A stretch of DNA of 64,000 nt from Anaeromyxobacteraceae bacterium (lineage in GTDB: Bacteria; Myxococcota; Myxococcia; Myxococcales; Anaeromyxobacteraceae). Both the position numbers and the translations under genes were made by a program. The notes beneath the pieces were generated by a model that did not search any database, was not told the origin of the DNA, and worked only from the letters and a program-made list of their open reading frames with translations. Numbering within the stretch: the first letter of the stretch is position 1; every line of letters starts with the position of its first letter. Positions 41,198 through 50,208 of the stretch are shown here, one piece after another. The DNA is taken from assembly GCA_047602405.1 (NCBI GenBank), contig JASGHJ010000001.1, positions 160,001 to 224,000 of the forward strand. The letters run 5' to 3'.

Positions 41198-42255
41198 CCG
41201 AAGATCGCCGCGAGCTCCGCGGCGGCGACCTGCTCCAGCTGATCGTAGCGGCAGTCCGCCGGCGACCTGTCGTCCCGCCAGCGGACCATGTGCGTCGCGT
41301 GCCGGAAGCGGTCGCCCTGCAGGTGATCGTACGAGACCTCGACCACGCGCTCGGGCCGCACCGGCTCCCACTCGAGCGACTTGCCGCGGTTCCAGCGCGA
41401 GGTCGCGCCGGGCATGCGGCTCCCCCCCGGCTCCTCCCGCCACGCGGCCCAGGGGTGCCCCTCGAGCGCGTTCGCGCGCAGCGGCTCGAGCTCGGCGGCG
41501 AGCTCCTTCCGCTGCTTCGCCGAGAACCCGCTCGCGACCCCGGCGTGCTGCAGCGTCCCCTGCCCGTCGAGGAGGCCGAGGAGCAGCGAGCCCACCTCGA
41601 CGCCGGGCGCGTTCGCGTGCCAGCGGAAGCCGGCGACGACGCAGTCCGCGGTGCGGGCGTGCTTCACCTTGAGCATGGTGCGCTTGCCGGCGTCGTAGGT
41701 GCCGTCGGCGCGCTTCGCCATCACGCCGTCGAGCCCGGCGCCCTCGAACCGGGAGAACCAGTCCCGCGCCACCGCCTGGTCGGCGGACGCCGGCGTGAGG
41801 TGGAGCGGCGGGCGCGCGCCGGCGAGCACCTCCTCGAGCCGCGCGCGCCGCTCGCCGAACGGCGCGCCGCGGAGATCCCGGTCGCCGAGCGCGAGGAGAT
41901 CCCAGGCGACGAGCTCGGCGGGCGTCTCCTTCGCGAGGAGCGCCACCCGGGAGGCCGCCGGGTGGATGCGGAGCAGGAGCCGCTCGAAGTCGAGGCCGCG
42001 CGGGCCGGCGATCACGATCTCCCCGTCGAGCACGCACCGCTCCGGCAGCGCGGCCTTGAGCGGCGCCTCGAGCTCCGGGAAGTAGCGGTTCATCGGCTTC
42101 AGATCCCGCGACTGGAGCAGGAGCTCGTCGCCGTCCCGGAAGACGAGCGTGCGGAAGCCGTCCCACTTCGGCTCGTAGATCCAGCCCGCGCCCTCCGGGA
42201 GCGCCTCGGAGAGCTTCGCGAGCATCGGCTCGAGCGGTGCCTCGAAGGGCAGCAT
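41137..42255 (-). CDS. ligC: ATP-dependent DNA ligase, LigC type
   Basis: YEPKWDGFR, LDGEIV, DGVMAK, MLKVKH, SLLLGL, RFRH. Confidence 0.87.
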   Translation of the reverse strand: MLPFEAPLEPMLAKLSEALPEGAGWIYEPKWDGFRTLVFRDGDELLLQSRDLKPMNRYFPELEAPLKAALPERCVLDGEIVIAGPRGLDFERLLLRIHPAASRVALLAKETPAELVAWDLLALGDRDLRGAPFGERRARLEEVLAGARPPLHLTPASADQAVARDWFSRFEGAGLDGVMAKRADGTYDAGKRTMLKVKHARTADCVVAGFRWHANAPGVEVGSLLLGLLDGQGTLQHAGVASGFSAKQRKELAAELEPLRANALEGHPWAAWREEPGGSRMPGATSRWNRGKSLEWEPVRPERVVEVSYDHLQGDRFRHATHMVRWRDDRSPADCRYDQLEQVAAAELAAIFGQGSAGSSAPAGGEKPSHGS

Positions 42256-42311
42256 GGGGCGATCCCTATCGAGGCACGGCCGCGCGCGCCAGCGATCGCT
42301 AGGGTCCTGGG

Positions 42312-43052
42312 ATGGATCAGCCCCAGCGCGGCAGGGTGAAGGTCGAGCCGTCCACGAAGCGCGTGCGCGCGTACCTCGGCGGCGAGCCGGTGTTCGACAC
42401 GCTGCGGCCGGTGCTGGTCTGGGAGTCGCCGAAGTTCCCGACGTACTACGTGCCCGCGCCCGACGTGCGGGCGCAGCTCGTGCCGAGCGGGCGCACCGAG
42501 CGCTCGCCGAGCCGCGGCGAGGCCGAGCTCCTGGACGTGAGCTCGGGCCGGGCCACCGCGCCGGGCGCGGCGCGCCGCTACCCGGACTCGCCGCTCGAGG
42601 CGCTCCGCGGCCTCGTGCGGTTCGACTGGGAGGCGATGAGCGAGTGGCTCGAGGAGGACGAGCCCGTCTACACGCACGCGCGCGACCCGCACCACCGCAT
42701 CGACACGCTCCGCTCCTCGAGGCGGATCACGATCTCGGTCGGCGGCACGCAGGTCGCCGACTCGACGCGCGCGGTGGTCCTCCACGAGACGGACCTCGTG
42801 CCGCGCTGGTACCTGCCGATGACCGACGCGCGGATGGACCTCCTCGTGCCCTCGGAGACCGAGACGCACTGTCCGTACAAGGGCCGCGCCACGTACTTCT
42901 CGGTGCGCGCGGGCGACGCGCTGCACGCCGACCTCGTCTGGACCTACCGCGCGCCGTTCCAGGACGCGTGGAAGGTCGGCGGCCTGATCGCGTTCTACGA
43001 CGAGAAGGTCGACCTCGCGATCGACGGCGTGCCGCAGGCGCGGCCGCGGTGA
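42312..43052 (+). CDS. DUF427 (NTP_transf_9) tandem-domain protein
   Basis: HARDPHHRID, THCPYKGRATY, IAFYDEKVD. Confidence 0.85.
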   Translation: MDQPQRGRVKVEPSTKRVRAYLGGEPVFDTLRPVLVWESPKFPTYYVPAPDVRAQLVPSGRTERSPSRGEAELLDVSSGRATAPGAARRYPDSPLEALRGLVRFDWEAMSEWLEEDEPVYTHARDPHHRIDTLRSSRRITISVGGTQVADSTRAVVLHETDLVPRWYLPMTDARMDLLVPSETETHCPYKGRATYFSVRAGDALHADLVWTYRAPFQDAWKVGGLIAFYDEKVDLAIDGVPQARPR

Positions 43053-43460
43053 CTACCCGCAGCCGCAGCCTTCTCCGTGCACGTGGAGTGGCCCCGCGGG
43101 CTTCCCCTCGGAGCCGCCCGCACAGGTGCCCGCGTCGATCTGCGGCAGCATCCCGGCCTTGAGCGCGCTCACCACCTGCGCGACCGTCGAGCGGACCGCC
43201 CGGTAGACCGGGATGCCCTTCGCCTGGAAGCGGCCGATGGCGCCCTCGCCGATGTTGCCGACCACCGCGACGTCCACCCGGTCCTCGCCGAGGGCGTCGA
43301 GCGCGTGGGTCCGGCCTGGCGTGCCGGCGCTGGGGTTCGGGTGGGCCGCCATCGCGCCCGTGTCGGTGTCGATCACCAGGAACACCGGCGCCGACCCGAA
43401 GTGCGGGAAGACGACGCTCGACAGTCCATGGTCCTTCGCGACGGGGATGCAGGCCTTCAC
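43053..43460 (-). CDS. NifB/NifX-like (FeMo-co biosynthesis domain) protein with His/Cys tail
   Basis: VFPHFGSAPVFL, VVGNIGEGA..F..KGIPVY; tail HVHGEGCGCG. Confidence 0.8.
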   Translation of the reverse strand: MKACIPVAKDHGLSSVVFPHFGSAPVFLVIDTDTGAMAAHPNPSAGTPGRTHALDALGEDRVDVAVVGNIGEGAIGRFQAKGIPVYRAVRSTVAQVVSALKAGMLPQIDAGTCAGGSEGKPAGPLHVHGEGCGCG

Positions 43461-43672
43461 GGGTCACCTCCGGCGCCGGGCCGCCCGGAACCTCCGGGAG
43501 ATAAGGCCTCCCGGCGTGGATCCGGTCAAGCGCCCCGCGGCGCAAGACTTGCGCCTTTCCCGGGGATCTCCTGGGTTTGGCTGCCAGCGCGGCACCTTGT
43601 CGCACCCTCGAACCCGCCCTGGGGGCGGGGGCTCCCACCGGCCGAAGTCCCCTCCGCTCTCAGGAGTACACG

Positions 43673-45094
43673 TTGACCGCCCCCTCCCGCCGCTGGCTCG
43701 CCGTGGGCCTCGCGCTGACCGTCGTCGCCGGCATCGCCGCCGCCGTCGCCGCCTCGCGCCGCGAGACCCCGCACCCGCTCGCGCCCGCCTTCCAGAGGAA
43801 GACGCGCGCCCACTTCGACCACGCACCCGTGATGCCCGCGAGCTTCGACTCGCCCCAGGCCGTCACCCGGAGATGCCTCGAGTGCCACGAGGACGCGAAG
43901 GCCGTCATGAAGACCTCGCACTGGCAGTGGCTGGGCGAGGAGACCGCGATCCCGGGCCGCGAGGGCAAGCACCGCGTCGGCAAGGCGAACCTCATCAACA
44001 ACTTCTGCATCGCCTCGAGCGGCAACGAGAAGTCCTGCACGAAGTGCCACGTCGGCTACGGCTGGAAGGACGCCTCGTTCGACTTCTCGAAGGCCGAGAA
44101 CGTCGACTGCCTCGTCTGCCACGAGCGCACCGGCGGCTACGTGAAGGGACCCTGGGGCTTCCCCACGAAGGAGTCCGACCTCGCGGCCGCCGCGCGGTCG
44201 GTCGGCTTCCCGACCCGCGAGAACTGCATCACCTGCCACGCCTACGGCGGCGGCGGCCAGGCGGTGAAGCACGGCGACCTCGACTCGTCGCTCCTCCACC
44301 CGATCGCCGACGACGACGTGCACATCGGGAAGCTCGGCTTCCTGTGCGTCGACTGCCACGGCGGCAAGGACCACCAGCTGAAGGGCCGCGCCTTCTCGGT
44401 CTCGGTCGAGGACGCCCACGGCGTCGCCTGCCAGGACTGCCACGCGACGCCGAAGCACCCGGACCCGCGCATCGACGGGCACCTCGCGTCGGTCGCCTGC
44501 CAGACCTGCCACATCCCGAGCTACGCCCGGAAGATCCCGACGAAGGCCACCTGGGACTGGTCGAAGGCCGGCGACGCCTCCCGCCAGGACGACCCGCACA
44601 GCTACCTCAAGATCAAGGGCGAGTTCACCTACGAGCAGGACGTCGTGCCGGAGTACCGCTGGTTCAACCTGACCGTGGGCCGCTACCTCTCCGGCGACAA
44701 GGTCGACCCGGCCGGCGTCACCGAGCTCAACCCGCCCCAGGGCAGCATCCAGGACCGCACCGCGAAGATCTGGCCGTTCAAGGTCCACCGCGCGAAGCAG
44801 CCCTTCGACGCCGTGAACCTGTACCTCCTGAAGCCGGTCACCGGTGGTGAAGGCGGCTACTGGACCACCTTCGACTGGGACAGGAGCTTCAGGCTCGGCG
44901 AGAGGACCTCCGGCCTCGCGTACTCCGGCAAGTACGGCTTCGCGAGGACCGAGATGGTCTGGCCGATCACCCACATGGTCACGCCGAAGGAGAAGGCCCT
45001 CGGCTGCACCGACTGCCACGGGGAGAAGGGCCGCATGGACTGGAAGGCGCTCGGCTACGCGGGCGACCCGATGACGGTGGGAGGCCGGCCGTGA
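43673..45094 (+). CDS. Octaheme tetrathionate reductase (OTR)-family cytochrome c
   Basis: 8 CxxCH motifs; TSHWQW, GKANLINNFC, CTKCHVGYGW, KIWPFKVH; AGGAG RBS, N-terminal TM. Confidence 0.88.
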   Translation: MTAPSRRWLAVGLALTVVAGIAAAVAASRRETPHPLAPAFQRKTRAHFDHAPVMPASFDSPQAVTRRCLECHEDAKAVMKTSHWQWLGEETAIPGREGKHRVGKANLINNFCIASSGNEKSCTKCHVGYGWKDASFDFSKAENVDCLVCHERTGGYVKGPWGFPTKESDLAAAARSVGFPTRENCITCHAYGGGGQAVKHGDLDSSLLHPIADDDVHIGKLGFLCVDCHGGKDHQLKGRAFSVSVEDAHGVACQDCHATPKHPDPRIDGHLASVACQTCHIPSYARKIPTKATWDWSKAGDASRQDDPHSYLKIKGEFTYEQDVVPEYRWFNLTVGRYLSGDKVDPAGVTELNPPQGSIQDRTAKIWPFKVHRAKQPFDAVNLYLLKPVTGGEGGYWTTFDWDRSFRLGERTSGLAYSGKYGFARTEMVWPITHMVTPKEKALGCTDCHGEKGRMDWKALGYAGDPMTVGGRP

Positions 45095-47397
45095 AGCGCG
45101 CGTTCTCGATCCTGACCCTCGCCCTCACCCTCGCCCTCACCCTCGCGGCGCCGCTCGCCGTCCGGGCGCAGCAGGCGGTGAACCCCATCCACCCGCAGTT
45201 CGCGCCGCTCGGCGCGGACGGCAAGCCCGTGGCGAAGCCGGAGGCGGTCTCGATCGACGCCACCTGCGGCGCGTGCCACGACGCGAGGTACGTGCAGGCG
45301 CACGGCGTGCACGGCGAGGGCAAGGCCCGCGCCTCCTGCGTGCAGTGCCACGTCGACGGCGGCAAGCTCGACCTCGCCGCCCTCGGCGCTGACGGGCGGC
45401 TCGCCCGCGAGGCCCTCCGCATCGGCAAGCCGAAGGCCGCGAACTGCGCCGCCTGCCACGGCGTGATCGCGCCCGCCGGCGAGGCGGTTGCGCTGCCCGC
45501 GGACCTCGAAGCCGCCCCGGCGCCGGGCCGCACGTGGTCGTTGACCCTTGGCGAGGGCGCCATCGTCTCGCCGGGCCGGATGGAGGAGTCCTTCCTCAAC
45601 CTCGCAGGGAAGGACGCGCTCGCTTCCCCGTGGGACGTCCACGCGGCGAAGCTCGTCGACTGCGTCGCCTGCCACCACGCCGCGAACGATCCGGTCCGCG
45701 TCGACGCGAAGAAGGCGAAGCTCGCGTACCTCACCACCGACCCTCGCCGCACCACCACCGCGGAGTACCTGCTCCGGCCCGATCACCGGCTCGCCGAGCT
45801 CGACTGCCGCGCATGCCACGACGCGACGAAGGCCCACGCGTTCCTGCCCTACCGCGAGCGCCACGTGCAGGTGCTCGCTTGCCAGGCCTGCCACCTGCAG
45901 GCGCCGGCCGGCCCCGCCGCCGAGATGATCGACGCCACCGTCGCGGACGCGGCCGGGAAGCCCGCCGTCCGGTTCCGCAACGTCGAGCGCCGGCCCGGCG
46001 AGCCGCTCAACGCCGCGGCGATCACCCCGCTCCGCCCGCTCCTCGTCATGCGCACCGCGCCCGACGGGGCACGCCGGCTCACGCCGGTGAACCTCGTGTC
46101 CCGCTGGCGCTGGACCTCGAACGGCGAGGACGTCCCCTTCGAGAAGGTCGCCGCCGCGTTCCGCGAGCCGGCCGTGACGGCGGCGCTGGACGCCGACCGG
46201 GACGGCAAGCTCTCGGAGGCCGAGCTGCGGCTCGACGGCGACGCGAAGGTCGCCGCGGTCGCGGCGCGCCTGCGCGCGCTCGGGGTCGCCGATCCCCGCA
46301 TCGAGGGCGCTCTCGAGCCGCACGTGCTCGCCCACGGCGTCCCGTCCCGCGAGCGCGCGCTGCGTGACTGCGAGGCGTGCCACGCCGCCGAGTCGCGCGT
46401 CGCCACGACGTTCGCGCTCGCCGCCTACGTCCCCGGCGGCGTGCCCCCGAGGCCGCCCGAGGGCCGGCCCGGCGGCGAGAAGGTCGAGCTGTCGGGCACG
46501 GTGGAGCCCGGCCCGGCCGGCGGCCTCGTGTTCCGCCAGGGCGAGGGCTCGACGCCCTCCGGCCTCCACGTCCTCGGGCACTCCCGCGAGTCTTGGTCCA
46601 ACCTGCTCGGCTTCCTCGTGTTCGCGGCGGTCGCGCTCGGCGTGGCCGGCCACGGCCTCGCCCGGATCGTGATCCGCAAGGTCCGGGGCGCGCCCGCCCA
46701 CCCGCGCGCCGCACCGGCGGCGGCCCCTCCGACGCCGGGGCGCGAGTACGTGTTCGGCCGCTACGAGCGGCTGTGGCACTGGACGATGGCGTTCTCCGGC
46801 ATGGCCCTCATCCTCACCGGCCTCGTGATCCACTTCGCCGGGTCGGGGCCGCTCAGCCTCGCCGCCGCGGTGAACGTGCACAACGCGGGCGCCGTGGTGC
46901 TGATGGTGAACGCGTTCCTCGCGCTCTTCTACCACCTCGCCACCGCGGCCATCCGCAACTTCATCCCCGCGCCGCACGGCCTCGTGAGGCGGATGCTCGA
47001 GCACATGGAGTACCAGGCCCGCGGCATCTTCTTCGGCGGGCCGCACCCCGAGAACGCGCCGGGCGTGAAGCTCAACCCGCTGCAGCAGCTCACGTACCTC
47101 GCGCTCCTGAACGCGCTCTTCCCGGTGCAGATCGGGTCCGGCCTCCTCCTCTGGGCGGTCGGCCACTGGCCGTCGCTGGGCGAGGCGCTGGGCGGACTCT
47201 CCGTTCTCGCCCCGCTGCACAACCTCGGGTCCTGGCTGTTCCTCGCGTTCTTCGTGCTGCACGTCTACCTCGTCACGACCGGCCGCACGGTCGGCGAGCA
47301 CCTCCGCTCGATGGTCACGGGCTACCGCGACGCCGAGCCGGAGCCCGAGGGGCACGCCGCGGCTTCCCCCTCTCCTCTCGTCGACGCTGGAGCCTGA
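45091..47397 (+). CDS. Multiheme (7 CxxCH) cytochrome c fused to a cytochrome b membrane anchor
   Basis: Signal peptide, 7 CxxCH, then ERLWHW..VHN..NPLQQLTY..LHN..LHVY (FdnI/HyaC-type cytochrome b). Confidence 0.85.
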   Translation: MKRAFSILTLALTLALTLAAPLAVRAQQAVNPIHPQFAPLGADGKPVAKPEAVSIDATCGACHDARYVQAHGVHGEGKARASCVQCHVDGGKLDLAALGADGRLAREALRIGKPKAANCAACHGVIAPAGEAVALPADLEAAPAPGRTWSLTLGEGAIVSPGRMEESFLNLAGKDALASPWDVHAAKLVDCVACHHAANDPVRVDAKKAKLAYLTTDPRRTTTAEYLLRPDHRLAELDCRACHDATKAHAFLPYRERHVQVLACQACHLQAPAGPAAEMIDATVADAAGKPAVRFRNVERRPGEPLNAAAITPLRPLLVMRTAPDGARRLTPVNLVSRWRWTSNGEDVPFEKVAAAFREPAVTAALDADRDGKLSEAELRLDGDAKVAAVAARLRALGVADPRIEGALEPHVLAHGVPSRERALRDCEACHAAESRVATTFALAAYVPGGVPPRPPEGRPGGEKVELSGTVEPGPAGGLVFRQGEGSTPSGLHVLGHSRESWSNLLGFLVFAAVALGVAGHGLARIVIRKVRGAPAHPRAAPAAAPPTPGREYVFGRYERLWHWTMAFSGMALILTGLVIHFAGSGPLSLAAAVNVHNAGAVVLMVNAFLALFYHLATAAIRNFIPAPHGLVRRMLEHMEYQARGIFFGGPHPENAPGVKLNPLQQLTYLALLNALFPVQIGSGLLLWAVGHWPSLGEALGGLSVLAPLHNLGSWLFLAFFVLHVYLVTTGRTVGEHLRSMVTGYRDAEPEPEGHAAASPSPLVDAGA

Positions 47398-47399
47398 CC

Positions 47400-47957
47400 A
47401 TGGCCGACACCGACCCCACGACCGAAGCCCCGGCCCCCGCCCCGCGCGAGCCCAGGAAGTACATCGACCCCTACCTCGGCGGCGCGCTCCTCGGCGTCGT
47501 CCTCTTCCTCGCCTTCTACGTGACCGGCGGTGGCCTGGGCGCCTCCGCCGGCATCAACCACGTGCAGGTGGGCCTCCTCGACCTCGTGGCGCCCGGCCAC
47601 GTCGACCGCGTCGCCTACCTCGCCGAGATGGGCGGCGGCAGCCGCAGCTCCTGGGCGTACACCGGCGTCTACATGCTGGTGGGCACGCTCGTCGGCGGGC
47701 TCGTCTCCGGCCTCGTCGGCCGGCGCGTGAAGCTCGAGACCCGCGGCGGCCCGAACGTCTCCACCCGCACCCGCTGGCTCCTGGCGTTCGCGGGCGGAGT
47801 GGTCATGGCCTACGGCGCCCGCCTCGCGCGCGGCTGCACCTCGGGTCAGGCGCTCTCCGGCGGCGCGGTGCTCTCCGTCGGCAGCTGGGCCTTCATGTTC
47901 TCCATCTTCGCCGGGGGCTACGCGGTCGCGTTGCTCTTCCGCCGGCTCTGGAACTAG
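47400..47957 (+). CDS. YeeE/YedE sulfur-compound transporter family protein
   Basis: PYLGG, GLGAS, GARLARGCTSG. Confidence 0.87.
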   Translation: MADTDPTTEAPAPAPREPRKYIDPYLGGALLGVVLFLAFYVTGGGLGASAGINHVQVGLLDLVAPGHVDRVAYLAEMGGGSRSSWAYTGVYMLVGTLVGGLVSGLVGRRVKLETRGGPNVSTRTRWLLAFAGGVVMAYGARLARGCTSGQALSGGAVLSVGSWAFMFSIFAGGYAVALLFRRLWN

Positions 47958-47966
47958 GAGGCGGCC

Positions 47967-49275
47967 ATGGCTCCCTTCGATCTCGGCGGCATCGCGGGCA
48001 CCTTCTCCTACGCCCTCGTCTTGGGTGCGATCGGCTTCGGCTTCGGCGCCGTGCTGGAGATGACCGGCTTCGGCGACACCCGCAAGCTCGCGGCGCAGTT
48101 CTACCTGACCGACCTCACCGTCCTGAAGACGATGTTCACCGCCATCGTCGTCGCGGCGGTGCTCGTGTTCGGCGCGACCTCGCTCGGCCTCCTCGACTTC
48201 TCCCGGGTGTGGGTGAACCCCACGTACCTGTGGCCCGGCATCGTGGGCGGGCTCATCATGGGCGTCGGCTTCGTCGTGGGTGGCTTCTGCCCGGGCACCT
48301 CGCTCGTCGCGGCCGCCACGCTCAAGGTGGACGGCATCCTGTTCGTCCTCGGCGCGCTGGTGGGCGTCGGGCTCTTCGGCGAGACGGTCGGCGCGTTCGA
48401 GCCGTTCTTCCTCTCCGGCGCCATGGGCCGCTTCACGCTGCCGGAGTGGCTCGGGCTCTCCACCGGCGCGGTCCTGCTGCTCGTGGTCGCGATGGCGCTC
48501 GTCATGTTCTGGGGCGCGGAGGTCCTCGAGCGGCGGGTGGGCGGCGCGCCGGCCCCCTCCGCGCGGCGCCGCACGCTCCGCCGCGCGGGCGTCTTCGCGC
48601 TCGCGGTGGTCGCGCTCCTCGTGGCCGTGCGCGGCCAGCCGACGGCCGACGATCGCTACGCCCGGATGCCCGCGCTCCAGAAGCTCGTCGCCGACGGCGC
48701 GATCCTCGTGCACCCCGCCGAGGTGGTCGCGCTCAAGAGGGACACCAGCGTGAAGGTGAACGTGCTCGACCTCCGGGACGAGGCCGCGTTCAACCTCTTC
48801 CACGTGGGCGGCGCGCGCCGGATCTCCGCCCGCCGCGCTCCAGGACCGCGCGGTGCTGCGCCCGCTCGTGGAGGCCGGCCCCACCGACGTGACGTTCCTC
48901 GTGGCGGCGACCGCGCCCGAGGCGCTCGCCGCGTGGCGCGCGCTCCGCACCCAGGGCGTCCTCAACCTCTTCGTCGTCGACGGCGGCGCCGACCGCTGGC
49001 TCGAGCTCTACCCGCCGCCGGCGTGCGTCGCCGAGCGGTCGCAGGGCGAGGCCGGGTGGCGGTTCCAGTACGCCACCGGCGAGAGCCTGCCGTCGGCCTG
49101 GCCGGAGCTCGCGAGCTCGCGGCTGTTCCGGTTCCCGTGCGAGACCACCGCCGACGCCTCGCACGCCGAAGGCGCCCCCGTGGGCGGCCACCACGGGTAC
49201 ACCTGGCCGAGCCACGCCTTCACGAAGCGCGTGAAGCTGCAGACGAAGTCGGTCGTGAAGGGGGGCTGCGGGTAG
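47967..49275 (+). CDS. YeeE/YedE-rhodanese fusion with C-terminal GGCG; +1 frameshift at ~48830
   Basis: VLKTMFTAI, GGFCPGTS, VLDLRDEAAFNLFHVGGA; removing one C joins ORF 48853..49275 (VDGGADRW...VVKGGCG). Confidence 0.8.
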
Positions 49276-49323
49276 CGGCTCCCCCACGCCGGGTGCGGGG
49301 CCCCTGCGTCCCCTCGCCCGGCA

Positions 49324-49357
49324 GCCCCCGCCGCGGGTTCGGAGCCGTGGCGGGGGC
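49324..49357 (+). terminator. Stem-loop after the OTR/YeeE operon
   Basis: GCCCCCGCCGCGG...CCGTGGCGGGGGC. Confidence 0.4.
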
Positions 49358-49435
49358 ACCTTCCGCCCGCGGCCTCGAAAAGGCAGAGGATCCGGACCGG
49401 CCCTTGTCGTACTCTGGGTGCACCGGGAGGGTGCG

Positions 49436-49999
49436 ATGTCGCGAATGGCCTGGTTCGTCACGGCGGGGCTGGCCGCGCTCGCGCCCGCCGTCGCCATGGC
49501 CTCGGGCGGAAGCGCGCCGGGCGTCGCGGTCGGGGCCCGCAAGCACTCCGACGGCTACGGGCCGGCGCTCCGGCTCGAGCTCGCGACCGCGCCGCGCAGG
49601 CTGGATGCGCACTCGGACTACCAGCTCGTCGGGTCGTTCGGGCTCTCTCGCGTGTGGGGCGGCACCCGCTACTACCTCTCGCCGGAGGCCGTGGGTGAGG
49701 GTCGGTGGGTCGGCTCGGCCGCCGAGGCCGCGCTGGGCGTGCGGCTCGGCATGCAGGGTCCGGGGCGAATGCGCTTCGAGGCCGGGGTGGGCGTCGGCCT
49801 GTCCTGGCGGAGAGACGACCTGCAGGGGGTGGACGGGGCCTCCTTCTCGGACCAGCGGCTGTTCGGCCGCCCGTCGTTTGCGGCGCTGTGGGACGCTGGC
49901 GCGTCCGGCCACTGGGGCGTCGAGGCGGCGTTCCTCGTCATCCGCGGCGACGACGGCATCCCGGTCGAGCTCCTGGCCGCGTGGCGCGTGGCCTTCTGA
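49436..49999 (+). CDS. Hypothetical secreted/outer-membrane beta protein
   Basis: GGGAGG RBS, signal peptide, terminal WRVAF. Confidence 0.55.
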   Translation: MSRMAWFVTAGLAALAPAVAMASGGSAPGVAVGARKHSDGYGPALRLELATAPRRLDAHSDYQLVGSFGLSRVWGGTRYYLSPEAVGEGRWVGSAAEAALGVRLGMQGPGRMRFEAGVGVGLSWRRDDLQGVDGASFSDQRLFGRPSFAALWDAGASGHWGVEAAFLVIRGDDGIPVELLAAWRVAF

Positions 50000-50078
50000 G
50001 CTGGCGCGGGTCTCCCGGGGTCGGCGCAGACGTCTGCGCATCCGACCCTCCCCCGTCCGTCCCTTCCCCCCCCCGCCC

Positions 50079-50122
50079 GTCCCGAGCGTAGCCCCCGCGC
50101 AGCGGGGGCGGAGACGAGGGAC
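50079..50122 (+). repeat. REP-like hairpin repeat, copy 4
   Basis: GTCCCGAGCGTAG-CCCCCGCGCAGCGGGGGC-GGAGACGAGGGAC. Confidence 0.7.
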
Positions 50123-50179
50123 AAGGGTCCGGGGGGCTCGAGATCCTCCCTGAGCCCCAGCCGGATCCTGCGATTTCAC

Positions 50180-50201
50180 TGTCAGACCGGGGTGGCAGGA
50201 T
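50180..50201 (+). promoter_or_regulatory. PafBC/RecA-NDp-like promoter motif TGTCAG-N10-CAGGAT, leaderless to HNH gene
   Basis: Same TGTCAGACC core and spacing as 5538-5559; ATG 7 nt after the -10. Confidence 0.45.
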
Positions 50202-50208
50202 CTCGGGC

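Noticed and set aside
43591..43606. Sigma54 promoter upstream of OTR (CGGCACCTTGTCGCA)
   Set aside because: GG-to-GC spacing is 9 nt rather than the required 10.
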